A DNA stretch of 62,112 nucleotides, filler included, from Caldilineae bacterium (GTDB lineage: Bacteria; Chloroflexota; Anaerolineae; DTLA01): assembly GCA_037446815.1 (NCBI GenBank). It is 3 parts of 3 records of this genome, joined end to end, with 100 filler letters (N's around TTAATTAATTAA, not from the genome) between each part and the next. Parts side by side here need not be neighbours in the genome. Positions count along the whole stretch, not along the records: positions 42,262 to 62,112 come from JBBIHX010000044.1; 2 more parts are not named here. The stretch is one strand, 5' to 3'. The notes under the pieces are model-generated. The model did no database searches and was not told where the DNA came from. It was given only the letters and a program-made list of their open reading frames with translations. The translations under genes and the position numbers were made by a program. Shown here piece after piece: positions 54,181 to 62,112 of the stretch (positions are counted from its first letter, which is position 1; every line of letters begins with the position of its first letter).

Positions 54181-55112
54181 TGCAGTCCTCCGATGGCCGT
54201 GAATACGGCGCGCGCCGAATCGTAGAGCGCATCGTCGGCGGGCACGAAGCGGTCAACGCCCAGCGGCGCGAGCACCTGCCGGCCTTCCTCCGTTTGATGC
54301 ATCTCCAGGAGCAACTGGCGCAAGCGGGATTTGGTGGCGGCATCCAAAGAAGGGTGTACCACCACCGGCGGCGCTCCGTAGGGCGGCGACTGCCAGAGCA
54401 CACGAATCCGCTCGCCATAGTCCGGCCTCTCCAAGAGCATGGCACGGTACACCAGGCTATCCACCGCCGCTCCATCCACCCACCCCTCGGCCACGGCCTT
54501 GATGGAGTTCTCGTGGCTGTACGTGAACAGGGTGCGGCTGAAGAAGGTGTCCGGGGTTGCCTCCATCTCGGTCAAGAGCACGTGCAGGGGCACCAGGTAC
54601 CCAGAAAGCGATAGGGGGTCGGTGAACGCAAAAACGCGTCCCCGAAGATCGCCGATGGTCTGCGCCGGGCTGCTCGCGGGAACGATGAGATACGAGTGAT
54701 AGGTCGCCTCGCCACCGATTTCCGGCACGGCCAGAAGTTCCATGCCGAACTCTCGGCGCCCCCGGATGTAGGCTCCGGTGCAGACAAACGCCAGGTCAAC
54801 TTGGCGGGTGCGGACAAGTTCGTTGGTTTCGGCATACGTGGCGCGCTGTACCAGGCGCGCAGGGCGGCCCAGGGCAGCCGACAGGTAGGCGATGAGGCGG
54901 TCGTAGTCGGCTGTCGTGGTCCTTGGCGAGAGCATAGCAGCAACCGCGACGCGGAGCGCTTCGTCCTCCGGCGCCGCCGAGGTTGCCGGGGTAACGCGGG
55001 TGTCAGGCTTCAGGCTGACCTGCCTGTACCGGGTCTGGTCGCTACAGGCAGCGGCCAGCACCAGCAGGACTACCAGCGTCAGCACAGAAATACAGGCGAG
55101 TCTCCGACCCAA
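54177..55112 (-). CDS. PhnD-like oxyanion substrate-binding lipoprotein
   Basis: Lipobox AAAC; 'FAFTDPLSLSG', 'SHENSIKAV..G.VDGAAVD'; no ABC permease adjacent. Confidence 0.85.
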   Translation of the reverse strand: MGRRLACISVLTLVVLLVLAAACSDQTRYRQVSLKPDTRVTPATSAAPEDEALRVAVAAMLSPRTTTADYDRLIAYLSAALGRPARLVQRATYAETNELVRTRQVDLAFVCTGAYIRGRREFGMELLAVPEIGGEATYHSYLIVPASSPAQTIGDLRGRVFAFTDPLSLSGYLVPLHVLLTEMEATPDTFFSRTLFTYSHENSIKAVAEGWVDGAAVDSLVYRAMLLERPDYGERIRVLWQSPPYGAPPVVVHPSLDAATKSRLRQLLLEMHQTEEGRQVLAPLGVDRFVPADDALYDSARAVFTAIGGLQ

Positions 55113-55325
55113 GTGTTCCTCCTCGGGAGTGCTCTCAAGAGCATTATACGCCCCTGGGAAGTGGCGTCAAAGGAGGGTAGCGCACAAATCCCGGTGGCAC
55201 CCAGGGATTTGGAGGAGGAGAGGCCGTATCGCCTTCGGCTCAGCAGGACGGAACAAGGGGAAGATCGCGCGCGGGCGGGCCAGAGCGAGACCCAACCAAG
55301 CCCAGGGTGCAGGCGAATCGCCCAC

Positions 55326-56333
55326 CTACTCCCCCGCGAGGTAAGAGGACGCCCACGGCTGGGGCTTCAAGAACGTGGCTTCGTACCAGGCTGCGGCGTC
55401 GGCCAGCGTCTCGCCGAGGGTGCGATGATGGTACCCTAACTCGCGCTCGGCCTTGGCGCTGGACGCCCAGAAGGCATAATGGTAGAACGTGGCGACGCTC
55501 TTCTCCACCAGGGGTTGGGAGATAAGCGCCGAGATTTCCGACAACATCTCCAGCACTTCCCACGAAAGCGGCCAGATGGTTCGGTTGAAGTCGGTTACCT
55601 CACGCAAGAAGCGGAACACGGCAACCGTGTCGGTATTCTCGCCGCCTAGGATGTAACGCTCCCCCAACCGCCCGTTGCGGTAGGCCAGAATAATCCCCTC
55701 GGCCACATCCCGCACGTCCACCAGATTCAGTCGCCACGCCACGACGAACGGATTGATGCGATGGAAGAACAACTTGAGCAGCGCCGACGAAGGCGAGTGG
55801 AAATTATCCTCCGGACCGATCATCCCGCCAGGGTTCACAATCACAGCGGGCAATCCCTGCCGCATCTGTTCTAGCACGAGCCGTTCGGCGCGCACCTTGG
55901 AGTCCAGATACGGCGTCCCAACGTCCTCCGAGCGCAGCGGGCAGGTTTCATCCACGATGCTGTCGTCGGAAGGGCCTTCCAGCGTGCCGACCATGCTTAC
56001 GTGCACCACGCGCTGCACGCCGGCATCCATCGCCGCCTGCATCACATTTCGGGTGCCCCCCACATTCACGGCGAAAATCTCGTCGGCGTCCTTTGCGCTC
56101 AAGGTAACCTTGGCCGCCAGGTGGAAGACCCCGTCGCACCCCTCCACCGCCCTGCGCACATCCTCCGGCGAGGTGATGTCGCCCTGAACGATATCCAGCG
56201 GCAGATTGGTCTGACCGCGCAGCCCCTCTGGGTTTCGCGCCAGGACGCGGACGCTGTAGTGCCGCTGGACGAGGGCGCGCACCAAGTGCAGGCCCAGGAA
56301 CCCCGTGCCACCGGTAACCAGGACTGTTTCCAT
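55326..56333 (-). CDS. NAD-dependent epimerase/dehydratase (HpnA/DFR-like)
   Basis: TGGTGFLG, FHLAA, YLDSK, VDVRDVA, GERYILGG. Confidence 0.9.
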   Translation of the reverse strand: METVLVTGGTGFLGLHLVRALVQRHYSVRVLARNPEGLRGQTNLPLDIVQGDITSPEDVRRAVEGCDGVFHLAAKVTLSAKDADEIFAVNVGGTRNVMQAAMDAGVQRVVHVSMVGTLEGPSDDSIVDETCPLRSEDVGTPYLDSKVRAERLVLEQMRQGLPAVIVNPGGMIGPEDNFHSPSSALLKLFFHRINPFVVAWRLNLVDVRDVAEGIILAYRNGRLGERYILGGENTDTVAVFRFLREVTDFNRTIWPLSWEVLEMLSEISALISQPLVEKSVATFYHYAFWASSAKAERELGYHHRTLGETLADAAAWYEATFLKPQPWASSYLAGE

Positions 56334-56393
56334 CTGCGTGTTCTCCCTGCAACGTCAAGTCGGTATTCTAGGCAAGTCGCGCCCCGACGCCAA

Positions 56394-57461
56394 TTACGTC
56401 AGCACGAATCGCTGGAAGCGCCCGTGCCACGTCCGCCCATGCCGCACCCAAGCCGTGCGCTTGGCCGGCGACAGGATCACCGTGGAAATCGTGCCCACGT
56501 TCCGCTCCGCATCCAGCCAGCAAGGCGCGCCGATGCCGTCCACCGAGGACATCATCGCCCGCGCCCACGAGGCCGACACCTGCCCTTTCGCCTCGGCCAG
56601 CGCTGCCTCCATGCGCGCCTTCCGCGCCAGGGTGTCGCCCTTGCGGTTCAGATCCTCCACGCGCCATTTGTCCTTGAGCGCGTCTGTAACGAAGTGGTTC
56701 GTCGCCACCAGGTACCCCGCCCCATCGGCAGGCTTCCGAATCCCGAAGTCGGCATGGCCTTCCTCAAAGACGGCGATATCCCCTTTCGCGTCCGCCAGCA
56801 CGACGTTGCCGTTCCCCAGGCGCGGGACGGACGCGAAGTAGTCCAGCGCCTCGCCGACCGTCTGGCAACGCTCCAGCATGGACATCATGAGCCACCAGCG
56901 CGGAAGGCCAGGCCCCAAGTCCGTGCTCGGGACGTGAGTGTCGGCGATGGCGAGGCCGGCCGCGTTCATGCCTGACGACGCCAGGCCGGGCCACCCAAGC
57001 GTTGTAACGCCGAAGTAGCGGAATCCGCTCGCGGGCCTGGCGTAGACGACCCACTGCAACCCCAGTTGGTCCAGGCTCTGATCGCGATTCTTGGACAGCA
57101 GCGGAAGCCCGTTCTCCGTCCAGTCATGCGCGGCGGCCCATGCCGTGCACCCCTCCACCGCGACGCCGACGGCAACTTTTGCGCGATCCTCCAGGTAACT
57201 GGCCAGGGAGAAGCGCAACAACAGGTCGCGGTCTATGCCCAGCGCCATGGCCTGTCCTTCGGCATAGTGCAGGAACTCCGGCGCGGCGCGCTCCAGTAGG
57301 GCGATGACCTCCTGGTACCAGTCATCCGCCAACGGGTGCGGCGGCAGTTTCTGAAGCCGACGGCGAATCCGCCGCAGGAGGAGCGGCCGCCAGGGGGCCG
57401 CCAACTCGCCATGCCGACGCCCCATCTCGTAGTGAGTGCCCTCCAGAATGAGAACGCGCAT
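56394..57461 (-). CDS. C45 family autoproteolytic acyltransferase/hydrolase
   Basis: GTHYEMG..HG, EG-CT, KNRD, GMNAAGL, TNHF. Confidence 0.85.
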   Translation of the reverse strand: MRVLILEGTHYEMGRRHGELAAPWRPLLLRRIRRRLQKLPPHPLADDWYQEVIALLERAAPEFLHYAEGQAMALGIDRDLLLRFSLASYLEDRAKVAVGVAVEGCTAWAAAHDWTENGLPLLSKNRDQSLDQLGLQWVVYARPASGFRYFGVTTLGWPGLASSGMNAAGLAIADTHVPSTDLGPGLPRWWLMMSMLERCQTVGEALDYFASVPRLGNGNVVLADAKGDIAVFEEGHADFGIRKPADGAGYLVATNHFVTDALKDKWRVEDLNRKGDTLARKARMEAALAEAKGQVSASWARAMMSSVDGIGAPCWLDAERNVGTISTVILSPAKRTAWVRHGRTWHGRFQRFVLT

Positions 57462-57470
57462 AGGTCCCCT

Positions 57471-58529
57471 CTACGAATAGCGATGACACGCCACGCTGTA
57501 GTTCGGGCCGATTTGCCTCAGCGGCGGCTCCTCGTCCTTGCAGATATCGCCGAGGCGGGCGAAGCAACGCGGATGGAACCGACATCCCGAAGGCGGGTCT
57601 ATGGGGCTCGGCACGTTCCCCTCCAGGATAATCCGCTGCCGCCGAGATGCCCTCTCCACGCGCGGCACAGCGGCCAGCAGCGCCTGGGTGTAGGGGTGAA
57701 GCGGCTCCGCAAAAAGCAAATCCGTCGGCCCTGTCTCCACGATCTTCCCCAGGTACATGATGGTAACCCGATCGCTGATGTGGTAGATGAGGCTGAGGTC
57801 GTGGGCCACGAAGAGATAGGTCAAGTGAAACTCGGCCTGGAGTTCCTTCAGCAGGTTGATGACCTGGGCCTGGATGGACACGTCCAGCGAGGAGACCGGC
57901 TCATCGGCGACAATGAACTTGGGGCGCATGGCCAGCGCGCGGGCGATGCCGATGCGCTGGCGCTGGCCGCCGCTGAACTGGTGCGGGTAGCGGTCAATGT
58001 GGCGGCGGCTGAGCCCCACCCGACTCAACAGGTACAGAATTTCGCCTTCCAGTTCCTGGATGCCGGTTACGCCTCGCGCGCGCAGCGGCACCGACAGGAT
58101 TTCGCGCACCGTCTTGCGCGGATTCAGCGACGAATACGGGTTCTGGAAGATGATTTGGGCGGAGCGGCGGAACTCCCGGTCGGTCATGCGTTGGACAGGG
58201 CCGTTGTCATCGTCTCCGAACACCACCTTGCCGCCGAAGAGCATGCGCCCCGCCGTCGGCTCATGCAAGCGCGTGAGCACCCGTCCCAGCGTCGTCTTGC
58301 CGCAACCTGATTCGCCTGCCAGGCCCACCGTCTCGCCTGGGTACACCGTGAGGTCCACCCCATCCACGGCCTTGAGGATCTGCACGCGGCGGCGCGCCAG
58401 GACCCGCGCCAGCAGGCTCGGCCGGATGTAGAAATACTTGCGGATGCCGGTCGCCGCAATCAGCGGGGCGGGCATCTGTGGCCCTTGCTCGCTCTCCACG
58501 ACATGGTTCTCGTCCAACAACGCTTGCAT
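57471..58529 (-). CDS. Peptide ABC transporter ATP-binding protein (DppF/OppF-like)
   Basis: [36 protein letters not shown]. Confidence 0.93.
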   Translation of the reverse strand: MQALLDENHVVESEQGPQMPAPLIAATGIRKYFYIRPSLLARVLARRRVQILKAVDGVDLTVYPGETVGLAGESGCGKTTLGRVLTRLHEPTAGRMLFGGKVVFGDDDNGPVQRMTDREFRRSAQIIFQNPYSSLNPRKTVREILSVPLRARGVTGIQELEGEILYLLSRVGLSRRHIDRYPHQFSGGQRQRIGIARALAMRPKFIVADEPVSSLDVSIQAQVINLLKELQAEFHLTYLFVAHDLSLIYHISDRVTIMYLGKIVETGPTDLLFAEPLHPYTQALLAAVPRVERASRRQRIILEGNVPSPIDPPSGCRFHPRCFARLGDICKDEEPPLRQIGPNYSVACHRYS

Positions 58530-58541
58530 GGCACCTTCTCT

Positions 58542-59552
<1,011 letters not shown>

Positions 59553-59560
59553 CGCGCCTC

Positions 59561-60481
59561 TCACTCTATCTTCAATCGCGGGTCCAGGATGTCGCGCAGC
59601 CCTTCGCCGAAAACGTTGATCGCCAGCACCAAGATGAGAATGGCCAGGCCGGGTATCGTGGACACCCACCAGGACGTGGTCAGGTAATCGCGCCCCTCCG
59701 ATACCATTGACCCCCACGCCGGCGTGGGCGGCTGGATGCCCAGCCCCAGGAAACTGAGGCTCGCCTCCATGACGATCATGACGCCGAGCCGCAGCGTGGC
59801 CAGCACCAGGACGGAGTGGAAGATGTTGGGCAGCACCTCGGACACAATGATGCGCAGGTGCCCCATGCCCACGGCGGTCGCCGCCGCCACGTACTCCTTC
59901 GTCTTCTCGGAGAGCATCTCGCCACGCGCGAGACGGTAGAACTCCACCCACCCCTTGAACGTCAGGGCCAGCAGCAGGTTCGTCATGCCCGGCCCCATGA
60001 AGGCCATGACCGCGATGGCGAAAATCAGGTACGGGAACGCCAGCAAGAGATCCGAGAAGCGCGACAAGACCTCATCCAGCCCGCCGCGGAAATACCCTGC
60101 CAGGCACCCCAGAAGCACGCCGACGACCGCCGAGATGGCCACGGACACAAACCCCACCCAGAGCGAAATGCGGCTTCCGAAGACGATGCGAGACCACAGG
60201 TCGCGCCCCTGGGCATCCGTGCCGAGCCAGTAGTCCATGGTTCCCCCGGCCCACACCGGCGGCTCCAGCCTGCGTATGAGTTCACCCTTCGTGGGATCAT
60301 GGGGCGCAATCTGCGGCGCGAAGACCGCCGCCGCGACGTAGAGAATCACCACCAGCCCGCCCACCAGGGCGATGGGATGCCCTGCCAGGTCGCGGAAGAA
60401 CCCTGCGATGTTGGCAGCCCATATCCGCAGTCGGATGGTCAGCGGATACCACCAGGGCATTGTGGTTTGTGTGGTCTGCAT
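59561..60481 (-). CDS. Peptide ABC transporter permease (DppC/OppC-like)
   Basis: LGTDAQGRD, EYVAAA..VG, LSFLGLGIQPP. Confidence 0.93.
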   Translation of the reverse strand: MQTTQTTMPWWYPLTIRLRIWAANIAGFFRDLAGHPIALVGGLVVILYVAAAVFAPQIAPHDPTKGELIRRLEPPVWAGGTMDYWLGTDAQGRDLWSRIVFGSRISLWVGFVSVAISAVVGVLLGCLAGYFRGGLDEVLSRFSDLLLAFPYLIFAIAVMAFMGPGMTNLLLALTFKGWVEFYRLARGEMLSEKTKEYVAAATAVGMGHLRIIVSEVLPNIFHSVLVLATLRLGVMIVMEASLSFLGLGIQPPTPAWGSMVSEGRDYLTTSWWVSTIPGLAILILVLAINVFGEGLRDILDPRLKIE

Positions 60482-60494
60482 GGCCCTCCCCCTG

Positions 60495-61505
60495 CTACAG
60501 GGTGATCTTCGGGTTGATGTAGGTGTACAGGATGTCCACGATGAGATTTGCCAGCACGAAGGTCAGCGCGTACACCATGACCACGCCCTGGACGAGCGGG
60601 AAATCGCGGGAGAAGATGGCGCGCACGGCCAACCTGCCCAGCCCGGGCCAACTGAACACCTGCTCCACGATCATGTTCCCGCCAAGAAGCACACCCACCT
60701 GAATGCCCACGACCGTTACGGTGGGGATGAGGGCATTGCGCAGCGCGTGCTTCAGCACCACCCAGGTCTCGCGCACGCCTTTGGCCCGCGCCAGGGTTAC
60801 GTAGTCCTGCCTGAGCGCCTCCACCATGCTGGAGCGAAGCACGCGCGCCACCATCGCCGCCGTGCCCGCGCCCAGGGCGATGGATGGCAGGAGCAGGTGC
60901 TTCAGCGAGGACACCAGCGCCGTCGTGTTGCGGGTAAGAATGCTATCCAATACGTAGAACCCCGTTACCACCTCCAGCCCGGCGTTGTAGTCAATGCGCC
61001 CGGTAACCGGCAGCCATCGCAGTTTCACCGAAAAAATCAAGATAAGAAGGATGCCAAGCCAGAACGCCGGCATAGAGACCCCCAGGAAGGCGCCGGCCAT
61101 ACTCAAACGGTCCACGACGGAGTACTGCTTGACCGCCGACCAGATGCCTATCGGCACGGCGATAATCAACCCGAACAGAAGCGCGCCAAACGCCAGTTCT
61201 ATGGTGGCCGGCAGTTGCTCCGCGATGAGCGCCATAACCGGTTTCTTGTACGCGTAGGAATACCCCAAGTCCCCCCGCAGCACATCGGAGAGGAAAAGAT
61301 ACAACTGAACGTGCAGCGGTTCGTCCAGATGGAACTCCTTGCGAAGTTGCTCCATCTCGCCTGGGGCAATGGTGCCCGCCTCACCCATCATGATATCCAC
61401 CGGATCGCCCGGCGTCATGCGCATAAACAAGAACACCAACACCGCCACGCCGAACATGATGGGTATCGTGTAGAGCAGCCGCTCAAGGATTTTGACCGCA
61501 CGCAT
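60495..61505 (-). CDS. Peptide ABC transporter permease (DppB/OppB-like)
   Basis: PGDPV, GDLGYS, DYVTLARAKG, HALRNA, WPGLG. Confidence 0.93.
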   Translation of the reverse strand: MRAVKILERLLYTIPIMFGVAVLVFLFMRMTPGDPVDIMMGEAGTIAPGEMEQLRKEFHLDEPLHVQLYLFLSDVLRGDLGYSYAYKKPVMALIAEQLPATIELAFGALLFGLIIAVPIGIWSAVKQYSVVDRLSMAGAFLGVSMPAFWLGILLILIFSVKLRWLPVTGRIDYNAGLEVVTGFYVLDSILTRNTTALVSSLKHLLLPSIALGAGTAAMVARVLRSSMVEALRQDYVTLARAKGVRETWVVLKHALRNALIPTVTVVGIQVGVLLGGNMIVEQVFSWPGLGRLAVRAIFSRDFPLVQGVVMVYALTFVLANLIVDILYTYINPKITL

Positions 61506-61526
61506 GATAACCTCTCACAAGGGTGG

Positions 61527-61560
61527 GGATCAGGGGAGCGGTTCGCCGCCCCCCTGATCC
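61527..61560. other. Intercistronic hairpin after the binding-protein gene
   Basis: GGATCAGGGG...CCCCTGATCC; may stabilise the upstream mRNA. Confidence 0.45.
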
Positions 61561-61575
61561 GTCCAGATTGCCGGG

Positions 61576-62112
61576 CTACTGGGACAGCCAGACATCATGG
61601 AGGTTGATGCGACCGTCGGGCGAAGGCCCCCAGTTCTGCACGTTGGCGGCGGCTGCCTCAATCTCCTGCGGGACGAACAGGAAGACCATAGGCGCTTCTT
61701 CCCAGACGATGCGCTGAATCTCGTTGTAGATTTCGTGGCGCTTCGCAACGTCGGTCTCAATCTCGCCCGCCTTGATGAGTTCGTCCACGCGCGGGTTGCT
61801 GTATTGGCTGTAGTTGCCGCGTCCGTAAGTGGAGCCTTCAACGTAGGTGTGCACCTTCGCCTCCAGGTAGCCCACCGGATCAAAGGCCGAGTCGCCCCAA
61901 CTGCCGACGGTCGCCTGGCGTTCGCCGGCCAGCAACTTCGGCCGCAGCACGGCCCAGTCCCAGACCCGCACGGTAACATCCAGCCCCAGGTTGGTGCGCA
62001 GTTCTCCGGCGATGGCCTCGGCCAGTTCCTTGGCGTCGGCGCTCACGTCAATCACGAAGGAGAACCCGTTTTCGTAGCCCGCCTCTTTGAGCAGGGCTTT
62101 GGCCTTCTCCAC
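61576..62112 (-). CDS. Peptide ABC transporter substrate-binding protein (3' part; extends beyond window)
   Basis: EKAKALLKEAGY, NYSQYSNPRVDELI, IQRIVWEEAP. Confidence 0.9.
   Translation of the reverse strand: MEKAKALLKEAGYENGFSFVIDVSADAKELAEAIAGELRTNLGLDVTVRVWDWAVLRPKLLAGERQATVGSWGDSAFDPVGYLEAKVHTYVEGSTYGRGNYSQYSNPRVDELIKAGEIETDVAKRHEIYNEIQRIVWEEAPMVFLFVPQEIEAAAANVQNWGPSPDGRINLHDVWLSQ

Overview
GC-rich bacterial scaffold whose gene content and protein style suggest Chloroflexota/Anaerolineae (inference). It is broken by three N-gaps; two contain an artificial TTAATTAATTAA linker, so adjacency across 21038-21137 and 42162-42261 is unproven. Core genes: glnS with tRNA-Gln, tRNA-Arg(UCG), priA, MEMO1-like, rhomboid-TPR, gmk/remA-like, tmk/darA-like, pdxST. 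Other loci: an Ldh2-LarA-GlcF-GlcD hydroxy-acid operon, several large secreted proteins, a Ttr/Srd-like molybdoenzyme operon with a binding protein-kinase-regulator module, and a Dpp/Opp ABC transporter. Most unusual signals: (1) 37-bp CRISPR-like repeats (hairpin plus 8-nt handle) separated by gene-sized segments of about 480-580 bp carrying co-oriented ORFs, including an RNase HI (42327-43935); (2) a MITE family with 8-9 bp target duplications whose ends sit 15-17 bp upstream of sigma70 -35 boxes at six loci; (3) an integrase-less integron remnant (attC and toxin-antitoxin cassette) in a three-module TA island next to tRNA-Gln, including a MenAT1-like pair; (4) a candidate structured RNA at 21520-21706. 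All family assignments come from motif recognition by eye, not database searches.
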